From IMG/VR virus record IMGVR_UViG_3300035696_000005, positions 118,360 through 182,359 of that record: a DNA stretch of 64,000 bases. One strand, 5' to 3'. Made by a program: the position numbers and the translations under genes. Positions 15,826 through 24,049 of the stretch are shown here, one piece after another (position 1 is the stretch's first letter; each line of letters starts with the position of its first letter). The DNA comes from a virus. The notes beneath the pieces are model-generated. The model worked only from the letters and a program-made list of their open reading frames with translations, searched no databases and was not told the DNA's origin.

Positions 15826-15900
15826 TGGTCGCTACGGGGGCACTTGCATCCCCTTCAGCAGGATATGAATCTGCAGCTTTACTTTATAAGCTACGTAGCG
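15826..15900 (-). tRNA. tRNA with CAT anticodon (elongator Met or Ile2)
   Basis: GCAGA-TTCATAT-CCTGC; paired C1:G72; T-loop TGCAAGT. Confidence 0.75.
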
Positions 15901-15953
15901 AAATGAGCAATCATCAGCCGCCTTCTGCAGTTCGGCTGTATCTTCGCTGATGA

Positions 15954-16307
15954 TTACCACTTGGCTGCTTGTTCAGCAGCATGAAACTTTCGATGACAAT
16001 TTGCGCACAAGATGTCGCATTTTTTTAATTCAATTAGTATGCGTTCTTTGCTCGCGTGATGAGCCAGTAACTTTGACATTTCTGAATCTTTTTCTGATGG
16101 ATCTCGATGATGAAAATCCAGGCAAGCTCTGTCTGTCTCTCCGCATTTTTTGCATTTGATATTCGGCGTAATCTCAACGAACCACTGCCTAATTTCTCTT
16201 CTTCGTGCCTGATTTCTTGAGTGATAGGCTTCTTTGTTTTTGAGGTAATGTTTGCGCTGAGCTGTTCTTTGTTTTTTTGTATCTGAGTAAGGCATGGTTC
16301 GTATCAT
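15954..16307 (-). CDS. HNH-family endonuclease (paralog of 14204..14656 and 25180..25554)
   Basis: CKKCGE...LDFHH.DP..K...KCDILCANCH. Confidence 0.8.
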   Translation of the reverse strand: MIRTMPYSDTKKQRTAQRKHYLKNKEAYHSRNQARRREIRQWFVEITPNIKCKKCGETDRACLDFHHRDPSEKDSEMSKLLAHHASKERILIELKKCDILCANCHRKFHAAEQAAKW

Positions 16308-16342
16308 ACGCTATAGATATGAACTTTGTAAATTTAAAGGAA

Positions 16343-16407
16343 TCGGGGGAGGTGATTCGATACACCATCTCCGGCTTTCGCCGGGCTCTAACTTAAGCTA
16401 TCCCCCG
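16343..16407 (-). ncRNA. Anticodon-less tRNA mimic (GAAA tetraloop)
   Basis: Acceptor CGGGGGA/TCCCCCG, D-arm GCTT..GAGC, CCGGC-GAAA-GCCGG arm, GGTG-TATCGAAT-CACC arm; no encoded CCA. Confidence 0.65.
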
Positions 16408-16410
16408 TCA

Positions 16411-16482
16411 TGGATGCAGGTCCTAGGGATGCCCTAGGGTCTTCTGGTTATGAGCCAGACATGGTCTCTCCACTAACCTGCA
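16411..16482 (-). tRNA. tRNA with CAT anticodon (Met or Ile2)
   Basis: TCTGG-CTCATAA-CCAGA; TGCAGGT/ACCTGCA acceptor; T-loop GGCATCC. Confidence 0.7.
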
Positions 16483-16518
16483 AAATCTACTATGGCAAAT
16501 CTTGCCGCCTTTGTCAAA

Positions 16519-16591
16519 TGGTCCGCGCTCCGGTTCCGCCCCGGTCCCTAACTCTTATAAGGAGTTTGTTGTTCTACTCAACTAAACGCGG
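16519..16591 (-). tRNA. tRNA-Ile(TAT)
   Basis: AACTC-CTTATAA-GAGTT; T-loop GGCGGAA; ACCA. Confidence 0.75.
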
Positions 16592-16623
16592 ATGTATACT
16601 GAAAAAGACCATCTTGGAGATAT

Positions 16624-17565
16624 ATGAAAACAGAAAACTTCTATGTCATCGCAGTGATCAGCAACCCCATTCGTTTCAAAAGCCGCTACGCCCTCTATCA
16701 AAAATTTGAAGCAGAAGTCAAGGCCGCAGGAGCACAACTTCTGACTGTGGAGTGCGCGCTTGGAGACAGACCACACATGGTTACGGAGTCGAATAATCCG
16801 TGGCATCTTCAGCTCAGAACCTGGGACGAAATTTGGCATAAAGAAAACATGATCAATCTTGGGCTAGCACGCCTTCCTTCCAATTGGGAATACGTCGCTT
16901 GGATTGATGCCGATGTTTCTTTCATCCGAAAAGATTGGGTTCTTGAAACCATCCATCAACTTCAGCACTACATGGTTGTTCAAATGTGGGAGACCGCTAT
17001 TGATCTAGGACCAACCGGTAGCGCTCTTGCGACTCATCATTCGTTCATTTCTCAGTACATCAAGGGTAAACCTTATTGCTACGGGCGACCTGGCGGCTAC
17101 TACTATGAACAATGGCATCCAGGCTATGCTTGGGCAGCCAGGCGCGAAGCAATTGATCATCTGGGTGGCATGATTGATACCGCAATCTTGGGTGCTGGCG
17201 ATAACCATATGGCACACGCCCTGATCGGTATGCTCGATGGATCGATCGCAAAAGGTCTTCACCCAAACTACATCAAGCACCTGACGACGTGGCAAGCTCG
17301 TGCTGAACGACATGTTCGTAGAGATGTTGGCTTTGTTCCTGGAACGATCTGTCATTCGTGGCACGGTAAAAAAGTGGACCGTAAATATCATGATCGCTGG
17401 AAGATTCTTGTGAATCACCAGTATGATCCGGATCTTGATCTTAAGCGCGACTCTCAGGGTCTTTATCAGCTCGTGGATCACGGGACACTCAGAAGTTCTC
17501 GTTTTCGCGATGATCTTCGTAGATACTTCCGCGCAAGAAACGAAGACTCCATCGATCTAGAATAA
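16624..17565 (+). CDS. GT-A fold glycosyltransferase-like protein
   Basis: WHKENMINLG...YVAWIDADVSF (DxD), PGYAWAARRE, GAGD; 313 aa; antisense to the tRNA cluster. Confidence 0.65.
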   Translation: MKTENFYVIAVISNPIRFKSRYALYQKFEAEVKAAGAQLLTVECALGDRPHMVTESNNPWHLQLRTWDEIWHKENMINLGLARLPSNWEYVAWIDADVSFIRKDWVLETIHQLQHYMVVQMWETAIDLGPTGSALATHHSFISQYIKGKPYCYGRPGGYYYEQWHPGYAWAARREAIDHLGGMIDTAILGAGDNHMAHALIGMLDGSIAKGLHPNYIKHLTTWQARAERHVRRDVGFVPGTICHSWHGKKVDRKYHDRWKILVNHQYDPDLDLKRDSQGLYQLVDHGTLRSSRFRDDLRRYFRARNEDSIDLE

Positions 17566-17566
17566 A

Positions 17567-17641
17567 TGGTGCATCCCCACGGTACTGCCCCGTGTGCACT
17601 GCCGTGTAAAAGCAGCCGCTCACTTTTTGCTGTTGAGATGC
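17567..17641 (-). tRNA. tRNA-Val(TAC)
   Basis: CTGCT-TTTACAC-GGCAG; T-loop GGCAGTA; ACCA. Confidence 0.75.
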
Positions 17642-17642
17642 A

Positions 17643-17716
17643 TGGTAGCCCTACCAGGAATCGGACCTGGGTTTCTTCCATGTCACGGAAGCGCTCTTCC
17701 ATTGAGTTATAGGGCT
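17643..17716 (-). tRNA. tRNA-Val(GAC)
   Basis: CTTCC-GTGACAT-GGAAG; T-loop TCCGATT; ACCA. Confidence 0.8.
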
Positions 17717-17725
17717 ATAGGAAAC

Positions 17726-17799
17726 TGGTTGGCCTTCCCGGTACCGCCCCGAGTTCTTGCGCCTATCAAGCGCAGGCATCACTTTAATGCTTAAGGCCA
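17726..17799 (-). tRNA. tRNA-Ile(GAT)
   Basis: TGCGC-TTGATAG-GCGCA; T-loop GGCGGTA; ACCA. Confidence 0.8.
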
Positions 17800-17807
17800 G
17801 TCTTTTA

Positions 17808-17882
17808 TGGTGGGCCGCCCGAGGCTCGAACTCGGTTCTACGGATTAAGAGTCCGCTGTGTCACCCGGTACACTTGCGACCC
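17808..17882 (-). tRNA. tRNA-Lys(CTT)
   Basis: GCGGA-CTCTTAA-TCCGT; TTCGAGC; ACCA. Confidence 0.9.
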
Positions 17883-17905
17883 ACAAAAAATGGTATATGG
17901 TTTAG

Positions 17906-17979
17906 TGGTAGGCCCGAACGGTACTGCCCCGTTTTCCTTAGGTTAAAAGCCTAATGTATCACTTTAATACTTCGAGCCC
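17906..17979 (-). tRNA. tRNA-Lys(TTT)
   Basis: TTAGG-CTTTTAA-CCTAA; T-loop GGCAGTA; ACCA. Confidence 0.85.
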
Positions 17980-17981
17980 AC

Positions 17982-18056
17982 TGGAGCCTCCGGTGTGAAT
18001 TGCACACACGCTTTCTCTTTTGCAGAGAGATATCTCCCTAATTCGATCACGGAGGC
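17982..18056 (-). tRNA. tRNA-Cys(GCA)
   Basis: TCTCT-CTGCAAA-AGAGA; T-loop TGCAATT; TCCA. Confidence 0.85.
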
Positions 18057-18065
18057 ATAGAAAAT

Positions 18066-18141
18066 TGGAGCCAGCTCCGGCGTTCGCATCCGGTTTACCT
18101 GCTTACAAGACAGGAGTTTTACTACATAGAACTAAGCTGGC
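18066..18141 (-). tRNA. tRNA-Thr(TGT)
   Basis: CCTGT-CTTGTAA-GCAGG; T-loop TGCGAAC. Confidence 0.85.
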
Positions 18142-18142
18142 A

Positions 18143-18217
18143 TGGAGCCTCCACACGGACTTGCGCCGAGCTATCAGCTTTACGAAAGCTGCACATCGCT
18201 ATCTATGTTTTGAAGGC
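18143..18217 (-). tRNA. tRNA-Thr(CGT)
   Basis: CAGCT-TTCGTAA-AGCTG; T-loop CGCAAGT. Confidence 0.8.
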
Positions 18218-18226
18218 ATTGAAAAA

Positions 18227-18301
18227 TGGCGGAGCTAAGGGGAATTGAACCCCTGTTTTCCGATCGACAGTCGGATGTAATTGCCACTATACGATAGCTC
18301 C
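18227..18301 (-). tRNA. tRNA-Asp(GTC), first tRNA of cluster B
   Basis: TCCGA-CTGTCGA-TCGGA; TTCAATT; GCCA. Confidence 0.9.
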
Positions 18302-18327
18302 GTGGTAAATATGTTCATGCTCATGTT

Positions 18328-18401
18328 TGAAGTCACCGCTCAGGCGTCACCCTGACTTGGTTCTGAATATCCTGTAGGTTTCCCCACAGGGTCCAACTTC
18401 A
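18328..18401 (-). ncRNA. Candidate three-way-junction RNA
   Basis: TGAAGTT..ACC/GGTGACTTCA closing stem; CCTGTGGG-GAAA-CCTACAGG and TCAGG-GTGACG-CCTGA hairpins. Confidence 0.45.
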
Positions 18402-18428
18402 TCTACAAGCACTGCTTTTCAAATAGCT

Positions 18429-18469
18429 AAAAAACAAAGAGCCAGCCCTGGTTTCCCGGGGCTGGCTCT
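18429..18469 (-). terminator. Attenuator terminator B
   Basis: AGAGCCAGCCC..GGGCTGGCTCT-TTGTTTTTT; 5' arm complementary to the end of leader ORF B. Confidence 0.85.
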
Positions 18470-18496
18470 ATCAGTTCAAACTTTTTAGTTATCCCT

Positions 18497-18613
18497 TTAG
18501 ATCCAGCCCCTCTTAGTACCCGGTTCAATACCGGTGACCAAATGAGCGCACATATCCAGTCCACGCTTTGTGGCTGGTTTTGCTGCTCTGAGGTTGGACC
18601 ATAGGTTAAACAT
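18497..18613 (-). CDS. Leader peptide B, 38 aa (MFNLWSNLRAAKPATKRGLDMCAHLVTGIEPGTKRGWI)
   Basis: Manual translation; ATG 7 nt after a -10 box; last codons AGG GGC TGG ATC complementary to terminator 5' arm. Confidence 0.75.
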   Translation of the reverse strand: MFNLWSNLRAAKPATKRGLDMCAHLVTGIEPGTKRGWI

Positions 18614-18620
18614 AAGTTTA

Positions 18621-18649
18621 AGAATAATGGGGTTAGGAAGAAGTTGCAA
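18621..18649 (-). promoter_or_regulatory. Sigma70-like promoter of leader B / tRNA cluster B
   Basis: TTGCAA-17 nt-TATTCT-7 nt-ATG. Confidence 0.75.
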
Positions 18650-18668
18650 CATTTATTTTTGAATAGCT

Positions 18669-18705
18669 AAAAAAAGACCTGCTCTCCAGAAGAGCAGGTC
18701 TTTTT
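18669..18705 (-). terminator. Intrinsic terminator after AIPR-like gene
   Basis: AGACCTGCTCT..AGAGCAGGTCT with T-tracts. Confidence 0.85.
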
Positions 18706-18711
18706 ATTAGT

Positions 18712-20051
18712 TTAGGAGTTGGGCGACGACCGCACTTCGGAACGAATATTGTGCGTTACCGCGCCGTATTCATTAGTTTGCGTTACTCCTTTCTTATTCT
18801 TAACGCTTACCCGAACCTTGGTAATTTCTTCAGTTCGTGGAACGGATTTTTCAACCATGTCGTACAGTTTGTTCCAGATAGATTCTGTCCTGCCGAAAGC
18901 GTAAGTGTTCTGCTTACCCGTGATTTTTAGCAGAGCATAATCTAAGAGGCTTTGCAGAGTTTTATCCACAAACTCTTTAACGTCTTCGAACGGCATGATG
19001 AATTCTAGATCCTGCCCGTTTTCACCCAACCTAACCAACTGCCTGTATGCAGACAAGATAGGCATGCGAATCGAATACATCAAAAGATAATCGATTTCTC
19101 CATTAAGGAAGACAAGCTGTTTATACTTGGCCTTCTTTCCAGTAGTTTTATGGGCATATGTTCTAATCTGAGAAACCTCTCCATCGAATCTCTTACTGAG
19201 GTATCTGGAAGATAGTAACAGCACATAATCCATTAGAGCCGCAAACTGCGGTCTAATCTTTTCTCTGGCCCTCACCGCTTCCGGATCAGATTTAAACCTG
19301 TCGATAACAAGGTCATCTCCGCAAACGTTGATAAAAATTGGAGCCCTCCTCTTTCCAAGGTAGGTATGCCCATCCAATGCCAAATCGAGTTTAGCTAAAT
19401 CAACGCAAGACCAGGTTGTGTCTGGCTGGTTCTCTTTTCTTTCAATCTTATCTCTGGACGGGTGATTCTCGAAACTAACTTCAAAAGTATCGAATACGCC
19501 GCCAAGATAGGCAAAAGAAGACGATTTAACCTTGTTGCTTGAGTTAAGCCGAAAAGATGTCGACAAAAGATCTTCTCTAGTTTCAGTAAAGCCCTCAATC
19601 AACCAGATACTCTGTTCGACATTGAACGGTTATCTTTGGCATCCATCAGAGTTTTGTAAAGATTTTGACCGTTAACAATTCCTCCGATAGCCATTTCCCC
19701 CAAATTGCAGTCGAATGTGACAGTATCCCCGTCACTATCCAACTCTCCAATGAGGACATGGATGGCATTATTGCTTACCAGATGTGTACCCGCTTCTTTT
19801 GGAATATGTAGGGATTTTTCGATTCCTCGGATGACCTTGTTGCTTTCTGGGACAGGATATCTGGCATTAGAATCGTTTCTAACCACTTGGGCGTTTTTCA
19901 GATCCTTCAAGGTAGTTACGATCCATGTCACTCTCCTCACCCTATCCCACTCACTTTCCGGAAAAAATTCTAGAAGCTTCGTATCAGTATTCCGGATCGT
20001 TGATTCGTAAGTACTGCGATGCTTAACTTTGAGGGTAACGATAGTATTCAT
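18712..20051 (-). pseudogene. AIPR-like gene split by a -1 frameshift near 19599..19629
   Basis: ORF 19599..20051 has SNNAIHVL..GGIVNGQ; the overlapping frame is open from 19629 (PFNVEQSIWLIEG..RLNSSNKVK) and continues the AIPR-like pattern into 18712..19602. Confidence 0.55.
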
Positions 20052-20103
20052 AAATTTCTCCTTTAGCTTCTTATAACCATTTTTGTGGTATTTTTACTCT
20101 GGT

Positions 20104-20128
20104 AAAAAGACCCCCTCCATAGGGTCTT
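20104..20128 (-). terminator. Intrinsic terminator
   Basis: AGACCC..GGGTCT-T5. Confidence 0.55.
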
Positions 20129-20135
20129 TATCGAA

Positions 20136-20681
20136 CTAGATGTTCAAGTGCCCGTTGAAGTGCTTCTTCAGGTCTTTGATGGTGTACCTGATATGTTCCA
20201 TCGGCGGCTGATAACCAGGGCTGATCCAGTACTCGCTGATCGTAATTTCTTTACCGGTATACTTATTGAAGGTCCCGGAATCCCTACGATAGACAAGCCA
20301 GTACTTCTCAGTCCTGAGCGAAATCCTCCACCGAACCAAACCACCAACGAACTTCAGTTGAAGCTCATTGGCCTGATCTAGATTTCGCCCCGTAAGCATG
20401 TGGGTAGAGAAAGTCATTTCAGCTGTATCCCAAATGTGGTTTACATCCACGTGAGGGACAGCGCTTTTATGACCAACGAGGAAGCCAGCCTTAGTGAAAA
20501 TTAGTTTTCCGGCCATAGTTCCGTTACTGACCAGATCATCGAGTGCGACATCGAGGATGTCACAATCTTTCCCGAATCTACGAGCGCCAACTTCTGTCTT
20601 GGCTTTTTGAAGGATGTCGTAGCTTTCTGCATCCTTGGGATTAACCCAATAGTCTTTGTGAGTCACATCGAACAAGTACAT
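20136..20681 (-). CDS. Hypothetical protein, 181 aa
   Basis: ORF track; GGAGG RBS. Confidence 0.7.
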   Translation of the reverse strand: MYLFDVTHKDYWVNPKDAESYDILQKAKTEVGARRFGKDCDILDVALDDLVSNGTMAGKLIFTKAGFLVGHKSAVPHVDVNHIWDTAEMTFSTHMLTGRNLDQANELQLKFVGGLVRWRISLRTEKYWLVYRRDSGTFNKYTGKEITISEYWISPGYQPPMEHIRYTIKDLKKHFNGHLNI

Positions 20682-20761
20682 AATTACCTCCTATGTTCTT
20701 GCGAGAGTATTCGAACGACCTAGACCATCCAGGTTCCTTCGAAGCACTTCTCATTGTGTTG

Positions 20762-21001
20762 TTAATACGTTCTAGAGTAGTTCCCAAACCTCAAACGAGC
20801 TTTGGCTTCTCCAGCATCCCCGTAGTAATCGCTTTCGCGGCTATACGGACCACAGTCACAGAGAGTTCCGATGTAGTAACCATTACCGCATCCGATCACT
20901 GTGATCTCTGGAATTTTTTTGCAACAGCCGCATACTTTAGGTGCGCCCGTTGCCATAGTTGTGTTAACTTGCGTTTCCATACTTACTTTTCCAGCCACCA
21001 C
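20762..21001 (-). CDS. Small Cys-rich hypothetical protein
   Basis: CGCC, CGNG, CDCG motifs; start uncertain. Confidence 0.5.
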   Translation of the reverse strand: MVAGKVSMETQVNTTMATGAPKVCGCCKKIPEITVIGCGNGYYIGTLCDCGPYSRESDYYGDAGEAKARLRFGNYSRTY

Positions 21002-21238
21002 TTATTCCTATTCATACGTCCTCCTCAACGGCACCTAAGCCATGCCGTAACAAACATTATTCCCATTCCGACGGACACAGCCACCGACGTAAGCAGTATG
21101 TCCTTCCCGACTAGTATTACGATATTCATCTGACACCTTCCCGATAGTTAAAGAAAAAGCCATAAGCCTAGTTGCGAGGCTAAACTTATTTCTTTTCCTC
21201 ATTATTCTTATACCCGGATCATGAGTAATTTTGCCCGC

Positions 21239-21267
21239 TTGACGGCAGGCTTTTCCTAGGATAGATT
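21239..21267 (+). promoter_or_regulatory. Sigma70-like promoter for 21331 gene
   Basis: TTGACG-17 nt-TAGATT. Confidence 0.65.
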
Positions 21268-21330
21268 TGTCCTTGTCCCTAGCTCTTAAACCCGAGGAGT
21301 CGAGCTACCCTCATAACAAGGAGATCCCTC

Positions 21331-22305
21331 ATGATGGCCTACGAGTCGAATTTCGTCGTATCAATCGTTCACAACAACAAACCCCTCCGAGAATTCAATG
21401 AATGCGGTACCCGTGTTTGCCGAGTTCCGTTCAACTCAGAATATAAGATCAGACTGAAGAGCAAGACCTGGAAACGGGCTCTCGCTGTAATCACTATCGA
21501 CGGAACGGATGTTCTTTCGGGCGGTAAGGCTGTTCTTCTTTCCCCGTATCAAACGGTGGATCTTGAGCGCTTTGTCGACGACTTGGATGCTGGTCGTAAG
21601 TTCAAGTTCGTCTCTGTGGAAAAGGGTGCTATGACGGGTGAAGTTCAAGATCCGACTTCAGCAGAGAATGGCTGGATTCAGGTGGATGTCTATCCTGAGG
21701 TGGATGCGCCGAAAGTGTATCCCACTTCAGACACTGGAATTCCTATCTGCTCCACCAAAGACATGGGCAGTGTTTGTCGTAGTCGTGGCATGTCCACTAG
21801 TTTCTCTGTCGCTGCCGACAACGGAATCAATCTCAGCGGCGCTACGATGGATTTCATGAGCTGCTCAAATGAGTCTTTTGCTACCAATACTGTAGCTAAC
21901 ACTTTTTATACATCAGGGGCAGTCCCTACCCCCTGCTCTATAAGTGGTGGTGTATCTGAGGAGCGATATCGAGCCATTTCTGACAAAGGCGCTACTGCCG
22001 AAGGAACTCATTCCGGTCAACAGTTTAGACTGGAAACGAAGAGCTTCGAGGTGGAGGAAAAGCCTGTGTCGATCAAGATCCTTCTTAAGGGTCCTAAGAG
22101 TGATCTGCAACAAGGAGTGCCAGCTACCGTGCCCAACACGAAGCCGGTCATTGTCTCCTTCCGTGATGGCAAGTACTACGTCTACTTGAACGGTAAGCTT
22201 GTTGATGGAATCACTAGCTGCCAAATCACAGACGGGATGGTCCACATTACAGGACGTAACGGACTATCTATTCAGACGGCAGATTATATGTTGGATTCGC
22301 AATAA
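21331..22305 (+). CDS. Conserved large-phage hypothetical protein, 324 aa
   Basis: KPLREF..VPFNSEYKIRLK..ITIDGTDVL..LERF..KFKF; AAGGAG RBS; function unknown. Confidence 0.75.
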   Translation: MMAYESNFVVSIVHNNKPLREFNECGTRVCRVPFNSEYKIRLKSKTWKRALAVITIDGTDVLSGGKAVLLSPYQTVDLERFVDDLDAGRKFKFVSVEKGAMTGEVQDPTSAENGWIQVDVYPEVDAPKVYPTSDTGIPICSTKDMGSVCRSRGMSTSFSVAADNGINLSGATMDFMSCSNESFATNTVANTFYTSGAVPTPCSISGGVSEERYRAISDKGATAEGTHSGQQFRLETKSFEVEEKPVSIKILLKGPKSDLQQGVPATVPNTKPVIVSFRDGKYYVYLNGKLVDGITSCQITDGMVHITGRNGLSIQTADYMLDSQ

Positions 22306-22307
22306 TT

Positions 22308-22337
22308 AAAAAAGAGGGGCACCATTTGGTGCCCCTC
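22308..22337 (-). terminator. Terminator between convergent 21331 gene and Ro60
   Basis: GAGGGGCACCA..TGGTGCCCCTC-T6. Confidence 0.85.
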
Positions 22338-22341
22338 AATC

Positions 22342-23976
22342 TTACAACTCAACCGAATTAACAACTGATTCGACATCCATTCCAAGCGTACCTACAGCTC
22401 CGAATAAGGCTGGAGTGAGCGTGTTATACACAATCATGGAATCACAGTTTGGAACTGCCGACCAAGGATTTGAAGCTTGGTTGATCAGAATCAGCTTTGA
22501 ACGTGAATTGACATTCTTTTGATACTTCAAGAATGCCTGATCCAGCGGTGTTCCCTGATTTTGGGCTTCATCGGTGATGATGATGAACTTATCCACATGC
22601 TTATCTTCAGCCAACGCTTTTTCGATAATCATGGCCGGGTTGGTATAGCCAGCAGCATAAGGATATTCAAGTACCATCTTCATGTCGGTCTTACGGTTTC
22701 CAGTCCAGCGAGGAAATGCTGCAGCACCACGAGATGCCCCAACGGAGCTTCCTTCGAAATGAAGCCTGCTATTTTCAAACCAGCTAAACCGAACGTCTCT
22801 AGCTTTACCATAGAATGCGTAAGCAAAAACGTTAGCAACTAGATACGACCATTGGTCAGAGTTTCCAAGACCACCGCGCATTGAGCCTGAGCTGTCAACA
22901 CTGACTTCAATAACGTCATCAGCGATCCCATCGATTGGAGTGTCGAAAGAAGAAGCTAAAGCTTCAGCCTGGATTCCCTTGATCTGTGGATGACTCGTAT
23001 GAACGTAGCTCTTGACGATGTCCAGCGGATTCATCCTTCCGCGCACAATAGCTTCAGGAGAAAGCATCTCACGATACTTCTCGATCGCACCGGTGAGCTC
23101 GAATACGCCGTGCTCGATGAATGAACGAGTATTCAAAAGAAGACCTTGAGTACCGCAGCTCATCATCAATGCAAACCACCAGCGTGGGTTGCTGCAAGGG
23201 ACTGGCTTAAGCGTATCAAACGGAAGCTTATTCTCCAGGATGATTCGACCCACAGCATCCAAATCGAAGTTCGGACGCTGCGCCATCGAGAGCACCTGCT
23301 CGTATGCCTTCTGCTGTGTTCCGTAAGGAACACCCTTACGGGTTCCTTCCTGCCCAGGGAACACGTAATCAAGCAGCGGGTTATTCCAGTCCGGGTGAGT
23401 CAAGCGAAGGAGGATTCGCATGTCATCCTTGTACTGGATCGTATAGCGCTCAAGCTTCTCAGGGCTCCAGCTCTTCATGACCTTACCGACCCAGCCTTGC
23501 TGGCGGTAGCCGAGACCCTTCGTGTACTTCTTTTGCATCTCGACATATTCCCGAAGCTGCTTCGGGTGATAAGTCGAAAGAAGATCCACAATGACGTCCC
23601 TGTAGTCAGCACAGAAGTCCTTGTTTGCGGACAGCGCAATAACGCCAAGCTTAGGCGACATCTTGATATTGCTTCGACGAGCAAGCACAAGCGCCTTAAG
23701 CAGAAACAGAGGGTTGGTCTGTGCTGCTTCAGAGAACCTCTTTAGCATCTCGGAGGCTTGCTTATCTGCATCGCTGTAATACGTATTTCCAATCACACCG
23801 CACTGAGACATACGGAAAATATCACGAGCAAACGAAGGAGTGAATGCCGCGTATCCATGAGGATTGGTTGTGGTCGGAGTTTTTCCGCTTGCGTGCTTTT
23901 CCATAAGCTTTCCGCCACGGCTTGAAGCAGGCTTTGGTTCCCGGGTATTTCGAAATGCGTCGACGTTGTTTGCCAT
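22342..23976 (-). CDS. rsr: Ro60/Rsr: TROVE + vWA RNA-binding protein
   Basis: TROVE-type N-terminus (IGNTYY..NPLFLLKALVLARR), vWA MIDAS VDSSGSM, FIIITDE; AGGGAG RBS before ATG 23976; Y-like RNAs adjacent. Confidence 0.85.
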   Translation of the reverse strand: MANNVDAFRNTREPKPASSRGGKLMEKHASGKTPTTTNPHGYAAFTPSFARDIFRMSQCGVIGNTYYSDADKQASEMLKRFSEAAQTNPLFLLKALVLARRSNIKMSPKLGVIALSANKDFCADYRDVIVDLLSTYHPKQLREYVEMQKKYTKGLGYRQQGWVGKVMKSWSPEKLERYTIQYKDDMRILLRLTHPDWNNPLLDYVFPGQEGTRKGVPYGTQQKAYEQVLSMAQRPNFDLDAVGRIILENKLPFDTLKPVPCSNPRWWFALMMSCGTQGLLLNTRSFIEHGVFELTGAIEKYREMLSPEAIVRGRMNPLDIVKSYVHTSHPQIKGIQAEALASSFDTPIDGIADDVIEVSVDSSGSMRGGLGNSDQWSYLVANVFAYAFYGKARDVRFSWFENSRLHFEGSSVGASRGAAAFPRWTGNRKTDMKMVLEYPYAAGYTNPAMIIEKALAEDKHVDKFIIITDEAQNQGTPLDQAFLKYQKNVNSRSKLILINQASNPWSAVPNCDSMIVYNTLTPALFGAVGTLGMDVESVVNSVEL

Positions 23977-23990
23977 AAATCTCCCTACAT

Positions 23991-24038
23991 AAAAAAAGAG
24001 AGGGACATAGCTTGCACAATGCAAGGTGGCCCCTCTCT
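23991..24038 (-). terminator. Terminator between Y-like RNAs and Ro60 CDS
   Basis: AGAGAGGGGC..GTCCCTCTCT-T6 with inner TTGCA/TGCAA hairpin. Confidence 0.7.
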
Positions 24039-24049
24039 GAGTTGAAAGA

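Noticed and set aside
15573-15950. ORF-track ORFs over tRNA clusters (also 24461..24751, 24779..25219, 17594..17954, 16410..16709)
   Set aside because: They are translations of tRNA genes or their complements, with no RBS or protein motifs
18328-18401. Known self-cleaving ribozyme or tmRNA
   Set aside because: No CUGANGA/GAAA hammerhead core, no twister or pistol consensus; too short for tmRNA; kept as an unknown structure
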